Below are positions 17,325-26,546 of a stretch of 64,000 bases of DNA, in pieces. The stretch lies in sequence record NC_070952.1; one strand, written 5' to 3'. The translations under genes were made by a program, and so were the position numbers. The stretch's first letter is position 1. Every line of letters starts with the position of its first letter. The notes beneath the pieces were generated by a model. The model searched no databases. It had not been told where the DNA came from and worked only from the letters and a program-made list of their open reading frames with translations.

Positions 17325-18887
17325 ATGTCTGTATTAGCCGAACAAACTTTCACCAACCAACAAGACACTCGTGACATTGTAGATGAAGTCATGCAGAATG
17401 CATTTGAATCTGTGTGTTCCACTATGGGTCCGAATGGTCGCTATGTGGTGATCAATCAGACTAACCGTCCAAAGGTTACCAAAGACGGTGTGTCGGTTGC
17501 CAAGGCGCTGGACTTCAACGAAGCTCGTCGTAATCTGATTGCCAAGATTATCACCGAACCTTCTATCAAAACTGATAATGAAGTGGGTGATGGTACAACG
17601 ACTACTGTATTCCAGACTTTCCAGCTGTATAACAAATTCAAAGACAAGATGAGCTTTAAGAACTTGCGTTATCTGGATCAATTGATCCGTGACGTGAAAG
17701 CCCATATTGCCACATTGATTATCGAATCCAAAGTAACGGACGATAAGTTCCGTGCCATGTTGATGACGTCTTCGAACTATGAAGAAAGCATCGTTGAAAC
17801 CATTCTGGAAATCTTCTCCAAGTACGACAAACCGAACATCAGTTTGATCCGTACGCCGGCGTTGAAGAAAGATGAAATCGATCTGACCAACGACATCTTC
17901 TTTGAAGCGGCATTTGGTTTTGATCAGATGAACAGTCGGCTCGGGTCTAAAGGCTTTGTGGTGGATCCACACGGTGCACTGATTGTGTTGGTCGATGACA
18001 CTATCCGCACGGTCCATCCTGATTCATTGTCGCTGATGTCCAATGTGGATTATGCTCGTCCGGTGTTGTTGGTTGCGCGTAACTTCGAAAGTAATGCGTT
18101 ACAAGAAATCAACCGCTATAACTCCGAGATCGATCGTCAAGCGATCGTCCCAATTCAGTTGTCTGCGGCGGGTCGTTTGGGTGCAGCACTGTTTGAAGAT
18201 CTGGGTACTTTACTCGGGGCTAAACCGATCTTTGATTTACGTACCGTGGGTAAAACTGACGTCTATTCTAACGAAGCTGGTTTCGTCATTAAAGCCCGCG
18301 GTATTTATATCGATGCTTCTCAGGAATATGTTGTTCCTGCAATTGAAGAAATCGTTAAGCCGCTGGATGAACGTTACGAAGCTCTGAGTGTCGTAGAACG
18401 TGCAACAGTTATCGGTAATGTCCTGTTCAGTCGTATCAGTCGTCTGCGTGCCAATAACATCACTATCCGTGTAACCGGTGTAACTGATTCAGATACCTCT
18501 GAGCGTTATTATCGTTACGAGGACGTGATGAAAGCAGCGCGTACCGGTTTGCAGTACGGTGTTCTTCCGGGCATCGGTTATGCTTATATGGAAGCGTCTA
18601 AGTTCGTTAAAGCGTTACCTCAACAATCTGATGAGGGACTCGAACAGCTACGCCAAGATCTTGCGGATCTGTTGACCTATCAATATACCTATCTGACCGG
18701 CATCGAACAAACCGATGCGGACTACGGTAAATATGTTGATTTGGTTACCGGTGAAGTTTCTGATCAACCGACTGCGGTATTTGATAATGCTGCTGCAACG
18801 ATGATTGCACTTGAGGGCGCGTGGGCAACTGCGAAAACTTTGAGTAAGATCAACAATGTCATGGGTCGTTCTAATCAGAGCTACTAA
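17325..18887 (+). CDS. groEL: GroEL-like phage chaperonin (OBP gp246/EL gp146 type)
   Basis: STMGPNGRYV, VTKDGVSVAK, GDGTTT, RYEDVMKAAR, GVLPGIG; no GGM tail. Confidence 0.95.
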   Translation: MSVLAEQTFTNQQDTRDIVDEVMQNAFESVCSTMGPNGRYVVINQTNRPKVTKDGVSVAKALDFNEARRNLIAKIITEPSIKTDNEVGDGTTTTVFQTFQLYNKFKDKMSFKNLRYLDQLIRDVKAHIATLIIESKVTDDKFRAMLMTSSNYEESIVETILEIFSKYDKPNISLIRTPALKKDEIDLTNDIFFEAAFGFDQMNSRLGSKGFVVDPHGALIVLVDDTIRTVHPDSLSLMSNVDYARPVLLVARNFESNALQEINRYNSEIDRQAIVPIQLSAAGRLGAALFEDLGTLLGAKPIFDLRTVGKTDVYSNEAGFVIKARGIYIDASQEYVVPAIEEIVKPLDERYEALSVVERATVIGNVLFSRISRLRANNITIRVTGVTDSDTSERYYRYEDVMKAARTGLQYGVLPGIGYAYMEASKFVKALPQQSDEGLEQLRQDLADLLTYQYTYLTGIEQTDADYGKYVDLVTGEVSDQPTAVFDNAAATMIALEGAWATAKTLSKINNVMGRSNQSY

Positions 18888-18897
18888 GTAACCAGGT

Positions 18898-18950
18898 GCT
18901 GACTCAGGGAGATCCCTGAGTCAGTGTCTTCCTCATTATTTTTTTTTGTT
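18898..18950 (+). terminator. Intrinsic terminator
   Basis: GCTGACTCAGGGA/TCCCTGAGTCAGT then gtcttcctcattaTTTTTTTTT. Confidence 0.75.
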
Positions 18951-19093
18951 AAGTTATATAAAAGGGTGGAACGGAATCTGATAACCATCATGCAAAGGAG
19001 AACTAGCCCTGAACTCGATGAATATCCGACTGGCATATCGAGGCACAGCATGCAGCTGATGAGAGCAGTAACTTCCTGTAAAGGAGGTGTAGT

Positions 19094-19369
19094 ATGTCGT
19101 TGAACCGCTTGGTGGCTGTAAAGGACCGTGGGAGAAAGTCATTCTTCTCTCAAGATAACTTGCTTGCCTTCATTTTTGTTGTCATGGTTGTGACAATTGC
19201 ATTAATCCTTAATTACGGTGTTTTTGCCTATTTCACTTTAGGTGCTTTGGTTGTCCGTATTTTTGAAATAATTTTTGAATTAAAGAACAATATGTTAGAC
19301 AAACCTTTTCTGAACTATATCGTTCTGTTAGGTTTACCTGCACAATGTCTTTGGACTCTTTACCGTTAA
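19094..19369 (+). CDS. Membrane protein (2-3 TM)
   Basis: 91 aa, AAGGAGGT SD, hydrophobic segments. Confidence 0.7.
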   Translation: MSLNRLVAVKDRGRKSFFSQDNLLAFIFVVMVVTIALILNYGVFAYFTLGALVVRIFEIIFELKNNMLDKPFLNYIVLLGLPAQCLWTLYR

Positions 19370-19381
19370 TTAGGTACTTTT

Positions 19382-19969
19382 ATGGCTTCTCTTCATTTTC
19401 ATTACAGCACCATGAATGCCGGCAAGTCAACCAACTTGCTACAAGCTAACTATAACTATTTTGAACAGGGGATGAAAACGTTTGTTCTCAAACCTGCGAT
19501 AGATACGCGCGAAGGTGAGGCGATCATCAAGTCTCGCATTGGGTTACAAACAGAATGTATTTTGTTTACCCCCAATGAGAATCTGTATACCTTACTTCGT
19601 GCAATGATGGACGAACACGGGAAACCGGCCTGTATCTTTATTGATGAAGCGCAATTCATGTCAGAGAGTCAAGTCATCGAACTCTCTGATGTTGTTGATA
19701 AACTACAAGTCCCTGCAATGTGTTACGGGTTGCGTACTGATTTCCAGGGTAAGCTGTTTCCAGGGTCGTCCATGCTGTTTGCCCGTGCTGATAAATTGGT
19801 CGAAGTCAGAACCGTTTGTTGGTGTGGTAAAAATGCGTTTATGGTGTTGCGCCTTAATGAAGATGGCGATGTAGTCAGAGAGGGCGACCAAGTAAAAATT
19901 GGTGGCAATGATAATTACGTTTCTGTTTGCCGTAGACATTTTCGTGTTGGTCAGATAAAGACAGATTGA
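19382..19969 (+). CDS. tdk: Thymidine kinase
   Basis: MNAGKST, IFIDEAQF, CYGLRTDF, Zn-binding CWC and C near the C-terminus, QVKIGG. Confidence 0.97.
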   Translation: MASLHFHYSTMNAGKSTNLLQANYNYFEQGMKTFVLKPAIDTREGEAIIKSRIGLQTECILFTPNENLYTLLRAMMDEHGKPACIFIDEAQFMSESQVIELSDVVDKLQVPAMCYGLRTDFQGKLFPGSSMLFARADKLVEVRTVCWCGKNAFMVLRLNEDGDVVREGDQVKIGGNDNYVSVCRRHFRVGQIKTD

Positions 19970-19986
19970 TTCAGTTACATTCCATT

Positions 19987-20014
19987 TCAGACCTATATCA
20001 TTTAAGTGTATATG
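19987..20014 (+). promoter_or_regulatory. Phage promoter motif, copy 5
   Basis: TCAGACCTATATCATTTAAGTGTATATG. Confidence 0.72.
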
Positions 20015-20058
20015 AACAATAATGTTCTCTCTCATTTAAATAGGTTAAGGAATTAAAA

Positions 20059-20523
20059 ATGGAAAACGTAAAATCAGCTGCAGATATCGAAGATCAGAAA
20101 GTTTGGGATGACAAGACCGATGAAGAAATTGGTGCAGCCCTGGGTCGTATCCAGTTGGAAGCCAAAGGTCTGGGCGATGCTCTCGGTCAGAGCATCATTG
20201 AAGATGTCCTGAAAAACGCTAAGCTTGCTCAAGTTAAAACAGGCAAGTTTACCAAAGACAATCGCAATATGATCGGTGCAGCTTTGGGTGTGGCTTTGGG
20301 TGTGGGTCTGGAGGTGTTATCACCAACCGGTTCTAAAACCTCAGCAATCACTGCTGGCGTGGTTGGCGGTGCAGCCCTGGTGTTCCTCTCTCCAATCCTG
20401 AAAGCCACTCCACAGTCCACTGGGATCGCCGCAACTGCAGGTTCCCTGACTTCCCTGATCACTATGTCTGCAGGCCGCATCACTGCGGACTACTTCCCAG
20501 GCAATCTGGATCTTGATGATTAA
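20059..20523 (+). CDS. Glycine-zipper membrane protein
   Basis: IGAALGVALGVG, AGVVGGAA, GIAATAGSLT small-residue helices. Confidence 0.7.
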   Translation: MENVKSAADIEDQKVWDDKTDEEIGAALGRIQLEAKGLGDALGQSIIEDVLKNAKLAQVKTGKFTKDNRNMIGAALGVALGVGLEVLSPTGSKTSAITAGVVGGAALVFLSPILKATPQSTGIAATAGSLTSLITMSAGRITADYFPGNLDLDD

Positions 20524-20529
20524 CACGAT

Positions 20530-20555
20530 AAGGTACTCCCAATCGGGAGTACCTT
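20530..20555 (+). terminator. Intrinsic terminator
   Basis: AAGGTACTCCC-aatc-GGGAGTACCTT plus T-rich tail. Confidence 0.75.
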
Positions 20556-20668
20556 TATTTATGCTTTATTTTTTTTTTGTTTTTACTACCTTCTTCATTT
20601 TATGAAGGTACCTCATAATTTTCTCAGTAGAGGAAATTAACAATGTTTTCATTCCATGGAATATACCA

Positions 20669-21547
20669 ATGAGCCAAACTCCGACCATCAACCAGTATTT
20701 ACTGGATCTGTTGGTAGCGGGCCGTATCGCTGCTGCAGAGAAAACCAAAGATCCAAAAGCCATTGCTAAAGCTAATCGCGATTACAAAGACCTGAAAGAA
20801 TCAGAAGTGACTTTCGGTCCATGGGCACGTGATGCAAAGACCGGCGTCAACTCAGTGAAGTTGGTTGCTAAGAGCCGTAACTGGACTATTGAGAAGATGA
20901 CTTTCAATACCGGTACTCTGGCTGCACTGTCACGTAAAAACCAACAGGGTGCTGCTCTGATCTCAGCACTGGATCTGGTTTCTATCCCAAGTTTAATCTA
21001 CGTCCAGGAAAACGATTCCCGTTACCTGGCAGTGGATGACGGGGCCAATGTATTTGAGTCCCTGAAATTAACCGGGTACGAATTCCCTGCTAATTCTTTT
21101 GTCCCTACCATTTATGGTAAACCAAAAGAAGACAGCAAGGCCGTCGGCCAGGTTGATATCGACCACCCTATCGTGGCGGGTCGTTTCTTGCTTTATTACA
21201 TCACGTCCAGCGCTAAGAAGGGATCTGATGATGATGAAGTGCAACCTACAGATCAGGAAACCACTGATCTATCTTTGAAAGGTGAAACTAACGTGAGTTC
21301 AGATAACACCCAAGACCAAGCTCAAGCCAACTCTAATGAAGGCGATCAGGCAAACCCAGGCAGCACGCAGACCGAACTGAAAACTCCAAAAGAGCCAGGT
21401 CAGTCAGCGCCAACTGCAGGTGACACTCAGGCTAACTCAGCTGACGGTACCGCTGACCCTGTCGAAACTGCCAAAGAGAACGAGCAAACTGCTAAAGAAA
21501 ATGCAGAAGGTTTCGAAGAGAAGCAACAGCAGAACAAAGTTAAATAA
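20669..21547 (+). CDS. Hypothetical protein with acidic Q/N/T-rich disordered C-terminus
   Basis: 292-aa ORF; last ~110 aa low complexity. Confidence 0.7.
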   Translation: MSQTPTINQYLLDLLVAGRIAAAEKTKDPKAIAKANRDYKDLKESEVTFGPWARDAKTGVNSVKLVAKSRNWTIEKMTFNTGTLAALSRKNQQGAALISALDLVSIPSLIYVQENDSRYLAVDDGANVFESLKLTGYEFPANSFVPTIYGKPKEDSKAVGQVDIDHPIVAGRFLLYYITSSAKKGSDDDEVQPTDQETTDLSLKGETNVSSDNTQDQAQANSNEGDQANPGSTQTELKTPKEPGQSAPTAGDTQANSADGTADPVETAKENEQTAKENAEGFEEKQQQNKVK

Positions 21548-21563
21548 TTAACGCGTTCTTGAT

Positions 21564-21597
21564 TAAGTCTAAGGTGGGGAAACCTGCCTTAGACTTA
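21564..21597 (+). terminator. Hairpin terminator with GAAA loop
   Basis: TAAGTCTAAGGTGGG-gaaa-CCTGCCTTAGACTTA. Confidence 0.7.
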
Positions 21598-21620
21598 TGT
21601 ATGTTCATTTACATTATTTT

Positions 21621-21648
21621 TTAGATTGATATCATTACTATGTACAAC
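21621..21648 (+). promoter_or_regulatory. Phage promoter motif, copy 6
   Basis: TTAGATTGATATCATTACTATGTACAAC. Confidence 0.65.
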
Positions 21649-21677
21649 TCACATTAATTTCATTAAGGACTTTAGAT

Positions 21678-22166
21678 ATGTTTAACTTAGCGAATACTGA
21701 ACTGACCCCAAGCAAGTACCTCTTCCAGTTGGTCATGGAAATCCGTAAAGAACGTGATGAGCTGAAAAAGAACGCCTCAGGAAAAGCGGTCAGCTGCGCG
21801 TTGATTCACACCTTAACCTTTAAAGAGGGTGAGGAAGTTGAATCGGCTAAGCTTCAGTACAGCATGGCTGATGTTGATCGTGATGGGGTGAAACCTGCTG
21901 AGTATCATTCTGTTGAATTGGCGGATGGGGGTAATTACCAATTCGAATATTTGACCGGGTTGATTTCGTCTGCAGCCGAGCATTGCAATATGTTGATTGA
22001 CTCATTTGCGATGAACGGTGACGTCATGTATAAAGATGACATTGTCAACAGCGTCAATGAATTTATCCTGGGTAATCTGACCGCACTGTATGTCTATGAC
22101 GGTTACTCTGTTCAGACATCCGTTGTAGCCGGCGGTATTGCCGATATCACTGTTACGGTGGCCTAA
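21678..22166 (+). CDS. Hypothetical protein
   Basis: 162-aa ORF, AAGGA SD. Confidence 0.7.
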   Translation: MFNLANTELTPSKYLFQLVMEIRKERDELKKNASGKAVSCALIHTLTFKEGEEVESAKLQYSMADVDRDGVKPAEYHSVELADGGNYQFEYLTGLISSAAEHCNMLIDSFAMNGDVMYKDDIVNSVNEFILGNLTALYVYDGYSVQTSVVAGGIADITVTVA

Positions 22167-22669
22167 TGCACATCTACTTGAAGTCCGGTGGGTTAGTTTG
22201 TTTAACCGTACCTGAGAATGTGGAGGATGGTTGGAATCGGATTATCCTTTCCCCGACCGGTCATCCAATCATAACCGCCTTATCTGATGATGTGACGGTA
22301 GTCAAATATCACGACCGTACAGATGGGTTGCTAATCATCTTTCCCCCAGACAGTAAAGAAAAAGCAGTGTGCATGAATTTGCATAATTTGCCAGATACTA
22401 ATAAACGCCGGGAATTAATCCACGCAGTCTTTGCTAATCTCCTGGATTACAACGACGGTCGATTAAGTAACGGTAAACGTAATAAAGCAATTATTGTTGT
22501 CAGGCCATTATTGCCAGACGTTGTCCGTAATCACGTTGGAAATAAAGAAGACGGTATTACCTTCTATCTTTACAAAAATCAGCTTTCTGTCTACAAAGAC
22601 AAATCGCTTAAGGTCAAATTAAGACACTACGCATTCTTCTCACGCAATATCAAGGATTCACTGTTATGA
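22166..22669 (+). CDS. Hypothetical protein
   Basis: 167-aa ORF, TAATG overlap. Confidence 0.7.
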   Translation: MHIYLKSGGLVCLTVPENVEDGWNRIILSPTGHPIITALSDDVTVVKYHDRTDGLLIIFPPDSKEKAVCMNLHNLPDTNKRRELIHAVFANLLDYNDGRLSNGKRNKAIIVVRPLLPDVVRNHVGNKEDGITFYLYKNQLSVYKDKSLKVKLRHYAFFSRNIKDSLL

Positions 22670-23340
22670 TTGATACACTCATCGGAGCATTAAAAATCTC
22701 CCTGAACCAATGCAACACCATCGAGCACCCTGTTGAATATGTTTATGAAATCAACCAGGTATTGAACCGCTTTAAAAGTAATCTGTTCAAGCTGATCCCT
22801 GACAAGGCTAAACATCTTTACGATCCCAAAGAGTTTATCCAGCTGCGGCTTTGTTTGGGGTGGAAAATCAACCCAACGTATACCGGCTTCCTCTCAATTA
22901 AAGAACAGTCTCCAGTTCTGCTGCATGTTAACGGGTTCATTCCTGAACTGGGTTTACGCAAGAATAAAGAGACCACCTTTATTAAAGCAGTGGATGTGTC
23001 TGACATCATTAATCTGGAAAAGATCGCCACGATTAGAACGGATTATAACCTTCTTAAAACTGAAACTATTTCTGAGATTAAAACCATCGAAGAACATCTG
23101 GGTCATACTCACGGACTGTGTGTTTATTATGATCGTGAAGCACGTAACGATGGGGTGCAAGATTTCACCATGCAAATTGCTGCCGTGGTGTACTCGCAAG
23201 TTGATTCCCTTCGTTATCAGCTTGTTCCAGTTGTAGTTCAACCCAAGTATGCTCACTGCAAAGTGGCGGGTGCTATAGCGGGACGTAAAAGTGCGATAAG
23301 TCGTGGATGGGTTGACCATTCTCAAGTTCAGGCAGTGTAG
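22666..23340 (+). CDS. Hypothetical protein
   Basis: 224-aa ORF, overlaps upstream stop. Confidence 0.7.
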   Translation: MIDTLIGALKISLNQCNTIEHPVEYVYEINQVLNRFKSNLFKLIPDKAKHLYDPKEFIQLRLCLGWKINPTYTGFLSIKEQSPVLLHVNGFIPELGLRKNKETTFIKAVDVSDIINLEKIATIRTDYNLLKTETISEIKTIEEHLGHTHGLCVYYDREARNDGVQDFTMQIAAVVYSQVDSLRYQLVPVVVQPKYAHCKVAGAIAGRKSAISRGWVDHSQVQAV

Positions 23341-23358
23341 AACAGTACTGGATACTTT

Positions 23359-23991
23359 ATGCATACCTATCAAAGCGCTTTTACAAGTCGACCAGTACCT
23401 GTAGCAGTTACCCCTACTTTACTGGGTGCTACGATACAAGTTCTCGACATTAAGAAAGATTGTTTTTACGGGGCTTCTCCCAAGACTGAAAATGGACCAT
23501 TAGTTATACTGCCTACGGCGGTAAAGCCTGATAATATTCCAAGCATTCGTGCGGGTGATTATGAAGGGCTGGCATCATCAATTTTTAAATCATCGGTAGT
23601 CTTCATGTATACTGATAAGCGTGGTATCTATTTGGATTATCACGCTCCGAACAACAGTAAAGATAAAATGCTTGCGTTGTTTGTAGAATGGAAAGAAGTA
23701 GGTGTACAGAATCCCAGTCAAAGCGATTTTGACTTGTTCCTCTGCTACCTTAAGAAAGGAATGTTAGAAAAGCATTTTATTACTATTTTGGCTCAAGGTA
23801 ATAAAGCACGAAAAGCGATCTTTAAAGCAATTGATTCTATTGCCTTCTCAATGTATGAACGATACAACATTGGGAATAACTGTCGGATTGAAACCGGTTA
23901 TCATGGTGGATGGGATTTGGTTGACAATCTCAAAATTATTCGCCATGCAGTTTGCTTAGAACAACTGACTTTGAAGTTAGTCAAACATTAA
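23359..23991 (+). CDS. Hypothetical protein
   Basis: 210-aa ORF ending at hairpin. Confidence 0.7.
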   Translation: MHTYQSAFTSRPVPVAVTPTLLGATIQVLDIKKDCFYGASPKTENGPLVILPTAVKPDNIPSIRAGDYEGLASSIFKSSVVFMYTDKRGIYLDYHAPNNSKDKMLALFVEWKEVGVQNPSQSDFDLFLCYLKKGMLEKHFITILAQGNKARKAIFKAIDSIAFSMYERYNIGNNCRIETGYHGGWDLVDNLKIIRHAVCLEQLTLKLVKH

Positions 23992-23998
23992 GAAAGAT

Positions 23999-24029
23999 AC
24001 TCCACTCTCCCATCACGGGAGAGTGGAGT
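23999..24029. terminator. Bidirectional hairpin terminator between convergent genes
   Basis: ACTCCACTCTCCC-atcac-GGGAGAGTGGAGT. Confidence 0.75.
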
Positions 24030-24039
24030 TAATCTTGTT

Positions 24040-24702
24040 TTATTTTTCTGTTGTGGTAGCGGTTTGAGCAGCTTGCAACGCAGCTTCCAGTTCTGCAATA
24101 TACGCAGCCTGTTGCGCAACGGTAGCATTGGCATTATTCAACCGGATCAGATCAGAAGGGTTCTCTTGGATCTGTTGTTGTCGGGTATTCTCCCACGCCT
24201 CTGCTTGTTCTTTAGGAACGTAGCCGCGTGTTTGAATAGTTCCAAGAACTGTTCGAGGATTTGCCAACCCCAAGTTATCTTTCATATAGTTATTGAAATG
24301 ATCAATAGCTGAATTCAAGAGATCTTTAAATGCCGGCGGGACTGCACCACAATCAGTGATGATACACAGGTGTTCGTAAATGACCCCATCAACCAACGGG
24401 AATGACTTGATGTAAGTAGAAGGAACATACACATCAGGTGCGTTCTTACTGGACAGCACAATGATTGCACCATTGAGATTAGTCAATGTCGCTAACTGTG
24501 CCTGATAGGTTGCGTCATCCGCCCCTGCAGGTTCCCAGACCGTCTTAAACAGATCAGTCTTTCTTGCCTGCAATTGAGCTGGGGTTACCACGTCTTCTAC
24601 TTTATAGAAGCTCGCAGGTTTAACCACACTGTCAAAAGGCGGATTGGCTTCGAACGAACCCTGAGCATAGAGCTGAGGAATTATGTTCGTGTTTGTACTC
24701 AT
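24040..24702 (-). CDS. Putative virion structural protein (phiKZ-like conserved)
   Basis: 220-aa ORF coupled to 24699..26030; C-terminal coiled coil; family recognised from memory only. Confidence 0.6.
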   Translation of the reverse strand: MSTNTNIIPQLYAQGSFEANPPFDSVVKPASFYKVEDVVTPAQLQARKTDLFKTVWEPAGADDATYQAQLATLTNLNGAIIVLSSKNAPDVYVPSTYIKSFPLVDGVIYEHLCIITDCGAVPPAFKDLLNSAIDHFNNYMKDNLGLANPRTVLGTIQTRGYVPKEQAEAWENTRQQQIQENPSDLIRLNNANATVAQQAAYIAELEAALQAAQTATTTEK

Positions 24703-26030
24703 TCGGTCAGGATTCCATCTTTAACGAATTGATAACGGGTGATCATGCTAATCTTCACATTGGAAGTTCGGCGCGTAATATAAAGCATCCCGTTTTTCGT
24801 CACACGCTGAATACCCGTTGGTGGCATACCGTCAGGAGTCACTGTCATCCCAGCAGCCAGCATCCCTTCCAGGTCAAAGATAAACTGTGAAGTGGATTTA
24901 CTCATCATCCCAGCTTGGGAATCCGTCGATGGAATAAGCTGATAATCCGGGAAGATTTGGTTGATCAAAGTAAGATCATTGTGGTTAGTTGGCTTCCCAA
25001 TAAAGGCCATATGTGCGGACTTATATAAGGAAGGAACGACCTGCAACGATTTTATGATCTGACTGCTATCCCAAAGGGCACCATATTTCATCGGGAGGTC
25101 AGTACCACCGTCATAAGTAAAGATAGGACTGAAGGTGGAACCGGCAACGGTTTCGTTCTGGATACCGATCTTATTCCAGAAAGGAACAATAGCGAATTCT
25201 AACGGGTTGAACAAATCGGGGATGACATCGGCCCATTTGGTTTCATCGTATTTAGAATTCGAGAGTATGCACTCTTTAATTTGTTCATACGTTTGTTCTT
25301 CCGCGTCGTTCGGATTTCCATAATAAATCACCGTCCAGTCACCGGTATTTTTATTTGGTGTATTAACCAGATCGTAAATATCAAAACTGTACACCACGCG
25401 TGCACTGTAAGGAGGATAATCTTTCCCTAAGAGTGCATCAACACGAGCTTCAATTTTTGAAGTGGTTTGCGCCTGGATCAATTGCAAGACTTGCTTGAAG
25501 TTCTTATCGGCAAGAGAATCGATATCTGTAATGGGGATGGGATGGACCACATAGATTTCGCGATAAGGGAATTCCACAGCGAAGTACTCATTAGCAAGCC
25601 AAATTTTGAAGTCGTGAGTTACTGTTCCCACTTTCAAAGTAAAGCTGATGCTAGAGGGTAACCAGATCGCATTGTTGGTGACCATCACACCGACATCAGT
25701 CCAAGTCCAATCTGCGACATAAGTTGCTTTAAGTAACTGCAGACAGGCTTGAGTTGAATTTGTGGTTTTGTTTGCTTTAGCTTGCTCGTAAAGCCAATTG
25801 GTCATGTCAGTTATAGGTTTAATGAATGCGTCTGGAATCTTCTCGTAATTTGAAGTTTCTGAGACACCACGGAATCCCACCAAAGTAATCGGTACACCGG
25901 ACTGGTTATAATAGTCGGGCTCTTTGGCGTAAGTGATCGTGTTATTCGTTAATTCGCCTAATGGTGACGTTGATCCATTGATAATCAAGTCATTGATTAC
26001 AGCAAAGCAACTATAGAGGTTTGTTGACAT
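24699..26030 (-). CDS. Putative virion structural protein (phiKZ-like conserved)
   Basis: 443-aa ORF; N-terminus SPLGELT...TYAKEPDYY resembles phiKZ-like virion proteins (recall). Confidence 0.6.
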   Translation of the reverse strand: MSTNLYSCFAVINDLIINGSTSPLGELTNNTITYAKEPDYYNQSGVPITLVGFRGVSETSNYEKIPDAFIKPITDMTNWLYEQAKANKTTNSTQACLQLLKATYVADWTWTDVGVMVTNNAIWLPSSISFTLKVGTVTHDFKIWLANEYFAVEFPYREIYVVHPIPITDIDSLADKNFKQVLQLIQAQTTSKIEARVDALLGKDYPPYSARVVYSFDIYDLVNTPNKNTGDWTVIYYGNPNDAEEQTYEQIKECILSNSKYDETKWADVIPDLFNPLEFAIVPFWNKIGIQNETVAGSTFSPIFTYDGGTDLPMKYGALWDSSQIIKSLQVVPSLYKSAHMAFIGKPTNHNDLTLINQIFPDYQLIPSTDSQAGMMSKSTSQFIFDLEGMLAAGMTVTPDGMPPTGIQRVTKNGMLYITRRTSNVKISMITRYQFVKDGILTE

Positions 26031-26080
26031 AGATTAACCTTTAGCTATAATAAACATATTAATTTGGTGGAACCGCAGCA

Positions 26081-26488
26081 ATGAACATTTTTCTTAGGGA
26101 ACTAACCAACAGGATCATCAGTTATCTCATCCGAGTATCCAAAGGTGCTACCTATGAAGAGAAACAAGAACATCTTCTTAAGAAGGTGCTTTTGTTCGCT
26201 CTCATGATGGCAATTATGGGCGCAACGATGACCGCTAAGTATATTGTTACCGGTTGGTATATGAGTGATCTGGAGCGTTCTGTCGAGAAGATTGATACCT
26301 TCATGGGAACGCAGCAGGAAAACATGAACCAGTTGTTCCGCATTAACACTGATCAGTATGGCGAAATCCAAAAGAAAAATAATACACTGAAAGAAATGGA
26401 ATCAGATATTCGGAAACTTATGGATGATAACGCCAAACTCAAAGCTGAAAACCAAGAGTTAACTGAAAAGCAAGCAGGGAAGAAATAA
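26081..26488 (+). CDS. Single-TM plus coiled-coil protein (lysis accessory/i-spanin-like topology)
   Basis: One TM (VLLFALMMAIMGATMTAKYIV) followed by a long heptad region. Confidence 0.55.
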   Translation: MNIFLRELTNRIISYLIRVSKGATYEEKQEHLLKKVLLFALMMAIMGATMTAKYIVTGWYMSDLERSVEKIDTFMGTQQENMNQLFRINTDQYGEIQKKNNTLKEMESDIRKLMDDNAKLKAENQELTEKQAGKK

Positions 26489-26546
26489 AATAACACAAGG
26501 ACGTGAATTAGTTGTTACATAACAAAAACACGTCAGGTATTTACAG

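Noticed and set aside
17334-18017. Long antisense ORFs (also 54746..55531, 57548..58393, 23954-region and others in the track)
   Set aside because: They are shadows of strongly codon-biased genes on the opposite strand, lack SDs and give unnatural compositions.
18951-19093. Possible ncRNA or small ORF between the groEL terminator and 19094
   Set aside because: Only short ORFs with weak support (e.g. 37 aa MQRRTSPE...) and no convincing structure; no tRNA cloverleaf.
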